Source: Octopus bimaculoides
Taxonomy: Eukaryota
NCBI RefSeq assembly: GCF_001194135.2
Contig: NC_069006.1
Span: 18,662,661 to 18,726,660, forward strand
Reading direction: 5' to 3'
DNA: 64,000 nucleotides
Both the position numbers and the translations under genes were made by a program. Shown piece by piece: positions 50,878-63,658 of the stretch. The notes under the pieces were generated by a model. The model had not been told where the DNA came from, searched no databases, and worked only from the letters and a program-made list of their open reading frames with translations. How positions within the stretch are numbered: position 1 is the first letter of the stretch; the number at the start of each line of letters is the position of its first letter.

Positions 50878-51102
50878 GCATGGCATTCAATCATACAACA
50901 ATATAAATAATATATAAATATATGCATATATCCATACATATATGTGCATACCTACACACACATGTACACATACATGCATATATATGGGCACAGGACATCA
51001 AAAAATCGTCGAACACAATGAGAAACGAAAACACAAAAACAAAACATATATATAGGCTAGTATTGGAGTACATAAGCCCTCAACAGAAAAACATAAGTAC
51101 AT

Positions 51103-51160
51103 GTGGGAATCGAACCTACAGCTCTTATTTTTGCGGTAAGTGTGCTACTGATTACATCAT
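51103..51160 (-). mobile_element. tRNA-like SINE head or tRNA pseudogene fragment
   Basis: B-box GGTTCGATTCC (plus 51106-51116) with an A-box-like segment; no full cloverleaf. Confidence 0.5.
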
Positions 51161-51169
51161 ATCTATATA

Positions 51170-51210
<41 letters not shown>

Positions 51211-51447
51211 NNNNNNNNNNNNNNNNNNNNNNNNNNNNNNNNNNNNNNNNNNNNNNNNNNNNNNNNNNNNNNNNNNNNNNNNNNNNNNNNNNNNNNNNNN
51301 NNNNNNNNNNNNNNNNNNNNNNNNNNNNNNNNNNNNNNNNNNNNNNNNNNNNNNNNNNNNNNNNNNNNNNNNNNNNNNNNNNNNNNNNNNNNNNNNNNNN
51401 NNNNNNNNNNNNNNNNNNNNNNNNNNNNNNNNNNNNNNNNNNNNNNC

Positions 51448-51755
51448 CTAGTACTTATTCTATCGGTCTCTTTTGCCGAACCGCTAAGTTGCGGGGACAT
51501 AAACACACCAGCATCGGTTGTCAAGCGATGTTGGGGGGGACAAAGACAGACACACGAACACATACACACATACATATATATATACATACATACGACGGGC
51601 TTCTTTCAGTTTCCGTCTACCAAATCCACTCACAAGGCTTTGGTTGGCCCGAGGCTATAGTAGAAGACACTTGCCCAAGATGCCACGCAGTGGGACTGAA
51701 CCTGGGACCATGTGGTTGGTAAGCAAGCTACTTACCACACAGCCACTCCTACGCC
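51448..51755 (-). mobile_element. SINE family A, young copy (CpGs retained)
   Basis: CGGTCTCTTTTGCCGAACCGCTAAG..CCGTCTACC..TTACCACACAGCCACTCCT. Confidence 0.92.
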
Positions 51756-51889
51756 TTACTGAAGTTTCTTCATTCAAAGCTAATGATTCACTCCATTACT
51801 AGCCTGAATATCTTGCTTGTATGCATTCATTCAAGCAACAAACAGAAAATAACAAGAATATGCTAGAAAGCTGAAGAAAACAGAATAGG

Positions 51890-52400
51890 GACTATGATGA
51901 TGATGAGGATGATAAAGATGATGATAATGGCAATCATGGTGAAGAGAAGGATGATGTTTGCTATGTCTAGCATAGTAGGATGACTACACTTATCTTGTTG
52001 GCTCATTGATGATGATGATGATGATTATGATAGTGCCAATGTAATGATGAAGTTGTACATTTCTCTGATGATAATGACGTTGGTGATGACAATGATGATA
52101 ACAAAAAAATAGATGGATGTTTAAAATTGTGAGGACGATGACAGATGACAAGCCAATCATAGTGATGATGTTGACTGTGTTCATAATTTTGATATGGATG
52201 ATAATAATGATGATGATGGTGATGATGATGATGACTATGATAGTATTGGTAATAATGATAATGATGATGATGATGAGCGTTACAGTGAAGATGATGATGA
52301 TGATAATCGTGGTGGTGGTGCTGGTGGTGGTGGAGGTGGTAGTGGTGTTGGTGACGATGATAAATGATGTTTTAAGAGACTATTTGATGAGATAATTATC
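51890..52400. repeat. Degenerate (GAT)n/(GGT)n low-complexity tract
   Basis: Direct inspection; similar tracts at 54790-55200, 60570-60830 and 61030-61300. Confidence 0.9.
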
Positions 52401-52627
52401 CTATTAGCTTTAAGGGTAAGTAGTGGCATGGGTGAAAGCAGAAAACAATTACAGTGAGAAGTTGAAATATTTTATTTGTCTGATGTGATATTGTCGAAGG
52501 AGAGAGAGGTGAAGAGCAGGAGAAGAAGGAGATGAGGACAGAAAAGAGAGAGGGAGAGAGGGAGCAAGTGTTGGTGTCTTGCAGAGGCACAAAGTGACGT
52601 GTGCATGCGTGTGCATTTGTATGTGTT

Positions 52628-52679
<52 letters not shown>

Positions 52680-52680
52680 T

Positions 52681-52720
<40 letters not shown>

Positions 52721-52819
52721 TATTTATCTCTAAGTGCTTACCATAAACCTATTCCACAAAAAATATGTGTTGTTTATACAATAAAAAGTCTGTGACAGCC
52801 ACCGCCTTGCTGGTAAACC

Positions 52820-52932
52820 ACCACTAATTTCTACACTAGCTTGTAAATTACCACTCATTCTTGCCCCAGCTGGCGTGTTGCCCCTCATTTTTGCCCCAAC
52901 TGGCGTGTTGTCCCCCATTCTTGCCCTAGCTG
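52820..52932. repeat. 30-bp minisatellite, about 3.5 units
   Basis: CTCATTCTTGCCCCAGCTGGCGTGTTGCCC at 52854, 52884 and 52914. Confidence 0.88.
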
Positions 52933-55330
52933 TTAAATTTATCTTTATTTTCCTGTTAATCTGGGGTATTATTCTGGAGTATTACTCTGGAGTATTATTC
53001 TCTGATGCATTTTAAATCAGTTTCTCTTAAGCATTCTTGCCCCCACTTCCAAAAAGAAAAAAAACTGCATTTAATTACTCAGAGACATTGTTCACATCAA
53101 AAAACAATAGTTAAGCTACTGTTAGCATGTTTAATGTAGTGTGCAACAAATATCTAATTAGAAATAATTGTATTGTGAGGTAAAAACATGAGCTCAATGA
53201 CTAAATAATATTTTGATTATTTCTAGTAAGTATGGGAGACAATTCTGGAAATGTTTCAGTCTTATTAGGTCTTGTCAGCAAAGCATAGACTTCACTGTTC
53301 TTGCTGAAATAGTTATGAGTGAATCACTGAAGGTTGAGTTTGGAATGCTCCCTGCAAGTGCAGGCATAGCCAACCATGTACTTAAGAGGTCAGCTTTGTA
53401 ACCAAGGGAAACCAGGCTCAATCCTACTGCATGGTATCTTGGGCAAGTGTTTCCTACATGAAGAAGACATCCTTTGTATAATTGCTCTTAAAAACTATAG
53501 GAATCATTTATAGACGCAGAAAGACCTTTCAGTTAATATATATATATATATCATTATCTTCATCATTTAATGTCTATTTCCCAAGCTGGCATGGATTGAA
53601 CCACTTGATAGAATCTAATGCCAACCACTCTGAGAGTGTAGTGGGTGCTGTTTATGTGCCACCAGTATGGGAGCCAGTCAGGCGGCACTGGAATCGGCCA
53701 TGTTCGGATGGTGCTTTTTACATGGGAGCCAGTCAGGCAGCACTGGCATCAGCCACAACTACAATTTCTATTTGATTGTGATTTGACTTGATTTTGATTT
53801 ACTTGACTCAATAGGTCTCCTCAAGCACGGCATATCACTCGACGACCCAAAGGTACTTTTTAAGTGGGCTGGTTTTGCGACACTGGTGTAGGCTATAGCT
53901 GTGATCTCACTTTACTTGATGGGTCTTCTCAATCACAACATGTCTCTAGAGGTCCCGGTCTTTCATCATTGCCTCTGTGAGAAGAATTAAAATATAGTAT
54001 ATCTAGTATACATTATATATAGCTGCTATTTAGCTCAAATTTGGCAAGTTAGCTCTAATCCAGGAGACCTATCATTACAGATGTTCCATCTGTGACAATC
54101 CTGTTTATTGCATGCAGTGTATATAAGAGTACATTATCTAATGTGTCCTGCATTAAGGTTTGGTTTGAGGGAGATTTTGCTGCTATATCTAGCATGCTGA
54201 ATGATTACACAGCTTGCAGTCAATTGCTTGTGGTAAACCTTGGCAATGTTTTCAGGTGTTATATGTCACCATTCCTTACTTCGTTAGCAGCAATATCAGG
54301 TAAAATTAATTATTAAGACAAATAAACAAAACAAACACCATATTAGGTCTCTCTCTTTCTCTCTCTCTTCTTTCTTCCAGCACTAATTGATTTAGCATCT
54401 GTGGAAGAAAGCAGATTAGGAGAGAGAGACAGACAGACAGATAGTGGTGGTGGTGGTGGTGGTGGGGAAGAAGAAGAAAATAAAAAATAAAGATGAAAAC
54501 AAAAAATAAGTAAAAAATGTGCCATCAAACATAATTTGTCCTCTAAATGAAGTCTCAGAACAATATATAAAAACTAAAAAGAGATATCCCTCATCCACAC
54601 TCATCTCCCAAAGAAATGCCATGGAAAACCCCTACACAAACGTCATCTAAAACGTCATTCGGTTAATGAGAGACTCTTTTTAGTTGTTCAGTCTGTTAGA
54701 AATAGACAAAGTAGTGACAGATAGATGGATAGATAGATAAAAATACACTTTATCTACCAACCTGTCTATCTGTCTGTCTGATTAAGAAGAATTTTTTGCC
54801 ACCACCACCAACACCATCAACAACACTGTCATCATTAACATCACATCCACCCTCATCATTATTGCCAGAACCAACAACATTACAAATTTCAACATCATTA
54901 TCACCATCACTATCATCATCATTACCACCAACACCACCACCACCAACAACAACAACACGGACCTAATCTCCAGAACTGAGAGTGGAATATTCTCATATTT
55001 TCTTTTCACCCATCCACCTACCCACACGCACAAAGACAGCCACACATGTACACTCATTTCTTCTACCCTTGAGACAAACCATCTCAGTTACATTGCCGAA
55101 ACCCAATCTGTACAGCAATTGGAAAGCAATGCTACAAACGATAATGTTGATGATGGTAGTGGTAAAGATAGTGGTGGTGATGGTGGTAGTTGTTATAATT
55201 ATAGTGCTAACAGATTTAAGGGGTGTCATCTTTGCTTCATATACTTAATTGTTTTGTACATCAAATGAAAAGCTTTACTTTTGCATATATATATATAACT
55301 AAGCATATATATATATATATATATATATAT

Positions 55331-55539
55331 CATCATCATCATCATCATCATCGTTTAACGTCCGCTTTCCATGCTAGCATGGGTTGGACGATTTGACTGA
55401 GGACTGGTGAAACCGGATGGCAACACCAGGCTCCAGTCTGATTTGGCAGAGTTTCTACAGCTGGATGCCCTTCCTAACGCCAACCACTCAGAGAGTGTAG
55501 TGGGTGCTTTTACGTGTCACCCGCACGAAAACGGCCACG
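55331..55539 (-). mobile_element. RTE-tailed SINE 3' end, young copy
   Basis: (CAT)n-CGTTTAACGTCCGCTTTCCATGCTAGCATGGGTTGGACG; cut by a gap. Confidence 0.88.
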
Positions 55540-55659
55540 NNNNNNNNNNNNNNNNNNNNNNNNNNNNNNNNNNNNNNNNNNNNNNNNNNNNNNNNNNNNN
55601 NNNNNNNNNNNNNNNNNNNNNNNNNNNNNNNNNNNNNNNNGGTGTGGTGAACAAACTGT

Positions 55660-56235
55660 CATCTAAATTACACAAAATGAAAATAACACTAACATCTCAT
55701 TTTAACAGATATATTTACCAAAATTATAGAAATATATCTTGAAATACTAAAGAGTAAATTTATTCAATAAAATTGCCATTGGCTTCAACCATGGCCTCCA
55801 GATGACTTTGGAATTTTTTGCAACTCTTCTGGACAGTCTCCCTGTTTAAGTTGGTGGATGTTACCACAATCCTTGCCTTCAGTTCATCTTTGGCGTTACA
55901 AGGAGTTTTCTTGGTCTCTTGCTCAACTGCACCCTACAGATAATAATCAAGGGGGTTGCAGTCTGGGGAGTTAAGTGGCCAGATGTTAGGGGTAATGTGG
56001 TTGCAGAAATTGTCTGACAGCCATGACTGGGTTCACCTGCCTGTGTAGCATGGTTTAGAGTCTTGTTGCCAGATATAGGGTCTTCCAGCAGCCACCCTCT
56101 TGACCCAGGGCAGCACTACCTCCTCCAGGCACTTGATGTAGGCCTCTGTGTTGAGTCTGAGGCTGTGTGGGAAGATGAATGGAGGCATCACTAGTGATTA
56201 CTCCAAACACCATGATGTTTGGAGTGATATATTTA
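55660..56235 (-). mobile_element. Decayed maT-like (DD37D) transposase, 3' half
   Basis: NIMVFGVITSD; PYIWQQDSKPCYT..WPLNSPDCNPLDYY, with exactly 37 codons between the QQD and PLD aspartates. Confidence 0.88.
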
Positions 56236-56239
56236 AACA

Positions 56240-56602
56240 ACTCCGCTGGTCATGAATGACCATGGGTGCACCTAAGAGGTTCCCCTCTGGGGTACAAGTC
56301 TAGGTGGAAAGTTGCCTCACTGGCAAACACACAACCTAGGGTTGTTTCTATGGAAGACCAGCAGTCACCCATGCATACCAGCCTCCCCATCCTATGCCAC
56401 TGATGTTATCCAAGGGAAAGGCAAAGGTTGATACAGCTGGCACCAGTGATGTTGTAACTCATTTCTACAACTGAGTGAACTGGAGCAACATGAAATAAAG
56501 TGTCTTGCTCAAGAACACAACATGCAGCCCAGTCCTGGAATCGAACTCACAAACACGCAATTGTAAGCTCGAAACTCTAACCACTGAGCCATGCACCTTC
56601 AC
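56240..56602 (-). mobile_element. tRNA-derived SINE family C
   Basis: Plus strand GGAATCGAACTC (B-box), CTCTAACCACTGAGCCATGC (A-box) and GTGTCTTGCTCAAG core. Confidence 0.8.
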
Positions 56603-57511
56603 ACAATAAAATGTGGGATGGTAATCACTGGAACACCTTTGATCATAGCTTTGGCTGAGTCAGGACAAATTTGGGGTTAAACAACAGCAACTACTATAGT
56701 CACACTAACCACCATGTCAAAAAATAGGTAATGTAGTCCTAGATACACGGAGAAACAATGTGGACTAATCGTATATCTAATAATTAAATTATATATTATG
56801 CACTTTGTGTTTTGTTCCGTGAATGATTCGTTGGTCTGTGGAAAATTTGTCTTGCATGAAATCAGTCAATAATGCAAAAACTTTAGGAGACTGCTGGTCT
56901 AGAGGAGTTGAGTAAGAGACACAAGATCAAATCCTGGGTTAGAATATACTGAAACCTTTCAGCAGCCAACTGAGCAACCATGGAAACATCTTTAGAAAGT
57001 AATTAAAGAAAAAGAATAGAGGCAAACAAGAAGAACAAGTTAGCAATCTAGCTACTTTGGTTAGCAGAAACTACTCCTACACACATATAAACAGTAGTAG
57101 TAGTGGTGGTGGTGGTAACATCTGGGAATTTATCATTCTCCTGCAAAGAACAGTCTAGAAGTATTGAAATACCAAAGACCAACAACAACAGCATCAGCAA
57201 CAAAAATAGCAACAACAACGGTAAGAACAATAATAACAACAATAAAAGCCACAGTAACAACAATAATAAGGTCACTGACATTACACTTGGCTTTGGTTAG
57301 CAGTTACATTGTCTGACAAAAGACAATTGGAGAGCATGCAGAATAAAATAAAACACCCTGAGTTCTCAAAAATACTTTCATCACCACCACCATCATCATC
57401 ATCACCATTAACACAACCACCATCACTATTACTATGATAATGACTGGATTTGGTAGAAATTGCAGCCAAATCTTTTTTCAAATTGCATCTTAAAATAAGG
57501 ATAGGTTAAAC

Positions 57512-57917
57512 CAAGGGTTTTCAAACTTTTTGACTTGCGGACCCCTTTATATTTCAGGCTTTACCTTAGGGACCCCCTTATAAACGCTTATGAAATTTAT
57601 ACATAAATATTTGCTTAAAATAACATTTATTTTTACATTTATTTATTTAACAGTATTTAACAAATAGGTTTATTGTCAATTAAAAGATTTTGATTAAAAA
57701 ACATATATAAAATCAAATTGCCCATAAAAAGTATTTGCTGTCCATGGACCNNNNNNNNNNAGTATTTAACAAATAGGTTTATTGTCAATTAAAAGATTTT
57801 GATTAAAAAACATATATAAAATCAAATTGCCCATAAAAAGTATTTGCTGTCCATGGACCCCCTGTCTTGTCCTTGCGGACCCCCTGTGGTCTACGAACCA
57901 CAGTTTGAAAACCCCTG
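57512..57917. mobile_element. hAT-superfamily MITE with 8-bp TSD
   Basis: TIRs CAAGGGTTTTCAAACT / AGTTTGAAAACCCCTG; TSD GGTTAAAC at 57504-57511 and 57918-57925. Confidence 0.93.
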
Positions 57918-58199
57918 GGTTAAACAATGTAGTCTTAGATATATGGTAAAAAAATAAAAAAAAACATGAATACAAGTTAAAAGAACAACAAACAAGGTGT
58001 ATTAGGTTGGTGTTTGGAAAATTGGAAGAAGTCTTTAACATTTTGAGCTATGCTATTCTATGGAAATGAAACAAACATGTCTGAATTAAAATGTCACAGT
58101 AAGCCTTTGTCTTAGGTTTCCTGGATAAAGATTGATGAAAGGATTCAACAGCATCAATGGATAACAGACATACATAGTGACCAATAGAATGTAACCTGT

Positions 58200-58590
58200 A
58201 TTTAGCCATTCAGTTTACTAGAGGAACTAGCCAAATCATCTTTCAAATACCTTCACCTGTCTTAAAATCAAGAACACATCAAGCAATATAGTCCTAAATA
58301 TACTATGTTTGAATAAGAGGTCTTCTGGATTAGGATTGACCTAGGGTTAAACATCAACAACAAGTAACAGACAAGCATATGACAATAAAATAGCCTGTAC
58401 TCAGTTGTCCAATTTGCTAGAGATAGTAGCCAAATCTTCAAATCACTCTTTGATGTCTTCAATTAAGAAAGGCACATAAAACGATGTAGTCCTAGATATA
58501 CTATGTTCGAATAAGAGACTAGATGGCAATGATTGACCACCTTGGATCAAAGCTGATCTGATGTTAAACAGCAACAACAGGTAACAGACG
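58200..58590. repeat. Tandem pair of dispersed repeat family D
   Basis: TAGCCAAATC..TAGTCCTA(A/G)ATATACTATGTT..GTTAAACA, twice. Confidence 0.7.
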
Positions 58591-58804
58591 TACATACTGG
58601 CTGATAAGGGAGTGTTTATACAGTCATCCATATATATATATGTATGTATATTTATGTGTATTTTAAAATGAGTTTTCAATATTTCAATATGCAATTATTT
58701 TCAAATATATATATTTTTTTAAGAAATGTTTTCTTTTTCATGATGCTAATGTAATAACTTAACAAATTAGGCTAATTGAAAAGAAATGCCTGAAATAATT
58801 CTAA

Positions 58805-59001
58805 TTTTGGCACAAAGCCAACAATTTTAGAGGCATTACATTGCTTCCCAGTTCTAGACTGGTACTTCATTTTATTGGTCCTGAAAGGAAGAAAGGCAAA
58901 GTTGATCTTAATGAGGTTTGAGCTCAGAACATAAAGAGCTGGAAGAAATGCTGCTAAGCATTTTGTCCAGTGAGCTAATGAACCTGTCAGATTGCCACCT
59001 C
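58805..59001 (-). mobile_element. SINE family B
   Basis: GAAAGGCAAAGTTGATC..GAGCTCAGAAC..TTGCCACCTC. Confidence 0.78.
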
Positions 59002-59054
<53 letters not shown>

Positions 59055-59055
<1 letters not shown>

Positions 59056-59358
59056 CTGGAAATAGAGGTAACTCGAATGTGGAATCTAAAAACAGAAACA
59101 ATTCCTATCATGGTAGGTGCCTTAGGTATAATAAAAAAATATTCAGACAAATACATAACGAAAACACCAGGACTTACAAATATATATAACATACAGAAAA
59201 TTGCACTATTGGGCACTGCACACATCCTACCCAAAACACTTTCAATACAGTAACCATAAGAGCATCACAGCAAACCACAGCACATACCCAAGGCACACAG
59301 AGCTGCGCTCGGTAGTGAAGTGAAAGCACGTTATAAAAATAAAACTATTGAATAATAA
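59055..59358 (+). mobile_element. 5'-truncated R4/Dong-type element (RLE C-terminus plus 3' UTR) in (AAT)n
   Basis: Open frame LEIEVTRMWNLKTETIPIMVGALGIIKK...IQKIALLGTAHILPKTLSIQ*; (AAT)n on both sides. Confidence 0.85.
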
Positions 59359-59359
59359 G

Positions 59360-59575
59360 TCCTTTCTACTAAAAGCACAAGGTCCAAATTTTGTGGGGAA
59401 GGGATTAGTAGATTACATCGATCCCAGTGAAACACTGGTACTTAATTTATCAACCCCAAAAGGAAGAAAGGTAAAGTCTACCTCAGTGGAATTTGATTTT
59501 AGAATGCAAAGATGGATGAAATGCTGCTAAGCACTGTACCCAGTGTGCTAACAATTCTGCCAGCTTGCTACCTTG
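59360..59575 (-). mobile_element. SINE family B
   Basis: CCTTTCTACT tail to CTGCCAGCTTGCTACCTT head. Confidence 0.82.
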
Positions 59576-59934
59576 CTACTATCTTTAATAATGACTTTTA
59601 TAAAGTGATTTTTTTAAAGCGTTTATATATTCATTTCTCTTACTTGGGATAGCTGAGGCTAGTTTTGTATTTTCCTAGATTGCTTTTGGTTTCATTATTA
59701 ATTGCAGAAGGTGGAGAGTTGGAAAAAACCATTAGCATGCCAAATAATATGCTTAGTGGTATTTCACCCATGATTATGTTCTGAGTTCAAATATTATCCT
59801 AGTCGGCTTTACCTTTCACAGGGTCAATAAATACCAGTTGGGTACTGGTTTCAATGTAATCAACAAGCCCTATCCCACAAAATTTCAGGCCTTGTGCATG
59901 TTATACAAAAGATTATTAATTGCACAGACACAGT

Positions 59935-60140
59935 TTTTATCTTTTGCCTTTTTTCAGTCAGTGGACTGTGGCCATGCTGGGGTACTGCCTTGAGGAACTT
60001 AGTCGAACAAATTGGTCCAAGGAGTTATTTTTAAATTTTCATACTTATTTTACTGGTCTCTTTTGATGAACGGCAAAGTTACAGGGACGTAAATAAACCA
60101 ACACTGATTGTCAAGTGGTGGTGTGAGACAAACACAAACA
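59935..60140 (-). mobile_element. SINE family A, 3' half
   Basis: TTTCAGTCAGTGGACTGTGGCCATGCTGG..GTCAAGTGGTGGTG. Confidence 0.8.
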
Positions 60141-60209
60141 TAAAGATACATACACACGTATTAAGTTGTCCAGAAAGTTCTGACGAACATAAAGATACAT
60201 ACACACGTA

Positions 60210-60475
60210 TTAGGTTGTCCAGAAAGTTCTGAGCATTTTTAAGCTAAATCTTTTAACACTTCATTGAACACACCTGAAACGTAACACAGTAAAAACTTTG
60301 GCATTGCTTGAAATGGTAGTGTGTTTCTTCTTTGTTCCTGACTAAAAATAGATTTGTCTTTCATTCCAGTTACTCTTTCTTGACATTTGAAATGGATAAC
60401 TAAAAGTTTCATATTCGCGTTGTAATGCTTTTCTTTTTTTAAAAAAGAGAAAATGCTGCAAACACAAAACACCAT
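60210..60475 (+). mobile_element. Mariner 5' end (TIR plus transposase N-terminus)
   Basis: TA then TTAGGTTGTCCAGAAAGTTC; ATG at 60392: MDN*KFHIRVVMLFFFKK. Confidence 0.75.
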
Positions 60476-61566
60476 TTTATTGTATAAAATGTACTTGCTT
60501 TTAGTTTAAAAAAAAAAAAAAAAGTTTAATGAACTGAATACATTTATTCAAATTAAAATTTAAAGATGAGAGTTGGAAGTGATGATGATGGTGGTGATGA
60601 GGATGAGGAGGAGGAGGAGGAAAACGAAGACAATGACAATGATAATGATGGTGGTGATGATGACAATGAGGTGGAGGAGGAAAACAATGGTAAAGGACAA
60701 TTATGACAATGATGATGATGATTATAATGAGGTGGAGGAGGAGGAAAATGATGATACTGACATTGAGGTTATGATGGTGACAGTGATAACAATGATGACA
60801 ACGATGATGATACTAATGATGCCCTATTGTTATTTAGCCCTACGTGAGCTCTGAATGACGGTTAAGGTCATTTCAGTTAGGGAATCTAAGTCTTTTGTTG
60901 TCCAGTATTGTCATCCATTTTAATTTTAAAGACAGTACGGATGATTGGAGAGAGATTTTGCTATTTCTTGCAGATTAAGTGATTAAGTAGAAGTCCAACT
61001 CATTGGCTTATACATAAATGTTGCTGGTGCTGCTGCTACTGATAAGGACAACAGCATTGATAATGATGATGATAATGACAGTGACAACGATGATAATGGT
61101 GATGATGAGGATGCTAATCATGGTGTAAATGATAATGATGAAGTTAATGATTGTAGTGATAGTCGTGATGATAATGATACTGGTGATGATGATAATGATG
61201 ATTGCAGTAATGACAGTATGCATTTTTCTGCCCTGACACTAACCCAACCACTGCCATCATTACCACCACCACCACCACCACCACCAACAACAACAACAGT
61301 AACAAAAACAAGAGATGAAAAAAGGGGGAAAATGAGAAAAGAGAAAGAGAAGGAAGACAAAAGAAAAAAGCCCCTGAAAATATCTNNNNNNNNNNNNNNN
61401 NNNNNNNNNNNNNNNNNNNNNNNNNNNNNNNNNNNNNNNNNNNNNNNNNNNNNNNNNNNNNNNNNNNNNNNNNNNNNNNNNNNNNNNNNNNNNNNNNNNN
61501 NNNNNNNNNNNNNNNNNNNNNNNNNNNNNNNNNNNNNNNNNNNNNNNNNNNNNNNNNNNNNNNNNN

Positions 61567-61615
<49 letters not shown>

Positions 61616-62299
61616 GCGCACACACATGTACACATAGATCTGTATGTATGTATGTATATGTTTGTGAGTATGAATATATATCTATACATGTGTGTATGTA
61701 TGTGTGAATGGATATGTGTATATATGTATGTATATGTACACACACACAAATACACACACGTTTGCATACACACATGTATGTATGTATGTAGAGTCTATCA
61801 TTCAGGTGTGTTATTCCAATCAAGATAACTTGGCACAGAAGCAGCACTGCCGTCAGAACAGTTTATATACTTCATATATAGAGTTTCGCAGCATCTCTTG
61901 TCTGTCTTGGCTCCCGGATCTGCTATCACCGTAGGTGTAGAATTGAATGTGATACGTAAACAACACCCCCATTAAAAACAACTCAAGGAAACGAAGGCAA
62001 TTCTAGAAACAGATTCACACACAGATGCAGATAGACAGGCAGACAGACAGACAGAGGAGCGGACAAAGCCAAAATACTTGAAGAGTCAAACTTTAGAGCT
62101 AGATTTTATTCTTATGGGTGGTAGACCTAACACAACGCCCAGTTTAACATCACACCTTAATCCAGCAAGGATGCTTCTATATGGTTATCTGCTTTGCTAG
62201 ATACAGCATCCAGATCTCCTATAATTGTAAAGAAACTGAAGCGTACATAGGATGGAAATGTAATTCAATACAGGGACTATGACAAGGGTGCTGGAGCCA

Positions 62300-62730
62300 G
62301 ATCTAATCCGTATGTGTGCGATAGACCTAACATGGTTCCCGGCTTAGCAGTCCCACCTCAATCCACTAAGAGCGTTTCCACATAGTTTCTTGCCTTGCTA
62401 GAAACAGCACCTGAATCTCCTCATCAGTGATATTTTTGGGGTCTCAGACATTCCCTCATCCAGAGTCACCTAGTGGCCTTCTCTGCAGCTTCAGTGATGG
62501 AATTTATAGCCTTCCTCTTCCCTGCACCAGTAACTTCAATCCCAGTCAGAGCTTTCTAGAAGGAACACCTCCACAAAACCTTGGCAACTCACTTCTAGTG
62601 CCTCGTAACATACTTGCCAGAGCCAATTTCTGTACAGCTCTACCAGCTCCTGGTATTTTGGCAAGCTTCCTCTCATGAGCTTTCTCCCAGAGCACTCCAA
62701 GAGCACTGTCATTTCCCACATAAATACCTG
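62300..62730 (-). mobile_element. Decayed HERO-like RLE non-LTR retrotransposon 3' end
   Basis: WEMTV..(A)HE..L.KYQELVELYRNWLWQVCYEALEVSCQGFV resembles the HERO-type motif ELTVPWE..EAHERK.AKY.EL..EPIEVGCRGF. Confidence 0.7.
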
Positions 62731-63230
62731 TTTTGTGGAATTTGAGAAGATTGCTAAGTCAGGGCAAAGTGTTGCTGGAACTATATGAACTGGGAGCTTC
62801 TAAAAACAGAAGATGGTCAAGGGCTGAAATGTCTTAGATCATATGTCTGCTTGATCAGTCATTAAGAGCAAGCCTAGGGATAGACAACAACAACAACAAC
62901 AACAACAACAGAAGCAACAGCAACAAGAACAACAACAACATTCTCTACTGTTGACATATGGCCATGTCTGCTGACAGATTCATGAAATGTCTAACATATA
63001 TTATCAAGTTTTAGTAATGTAATATATATATACTGTACATATTTATATATTAGATACTGTATTTATGTGAATATATGCAACCCTCACTTGTGTACCTAAA
63101 AGTAATCTCTTATCTTTTTTTAATCTCAAGTATGATGCTACAGCCTCCTCCCTCACCCCACCGATTTTGACCCTGATGCATTAGTATTAAATTTCTTGCA
63201 TGAAGCACAAATATGTGTTTATATATATAT

Positions 63231-63268
<38 letters not shown>

Positions 63269-63603
63269 CCATATGAACATATACACAGACTTGTAAATGT
63301 ATATGTATGTATGTATAAGTATGTATATAATACATCGCATGCATTATTTATATACATATTATACATTTATATACATATACACATGCATTATCTATATACA
63401 TAAACACATATATATCCATATATATATATAAAAATACACATATATCATCATTGCCATCCTTTAATATCTGTTTTCCATGCTGGTATGGGTTGGATGGGAG
63501 AAAAAATATATATACATATACACATACATATACACACCCACCCACACACATACATTACATATATATTTATATACATTTTACATACATACATGCATATATC
63601 CAT

Positions 63604-63658
<55 letters not shown>

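Noticed and set aside
52117-52395. Met/Val/Ile-rich ORFs (also 54782, 57048, 60573 and 61008)
   Set aside because: Degenerate (GAT)n/(GGT)n/(AAC)n tracts; low-complexity artefacts
62350-62430. CTGATGA plus GAAAC in the HERO-like 3' region
   Set aside because: No consistent stem II or stem I pairing found
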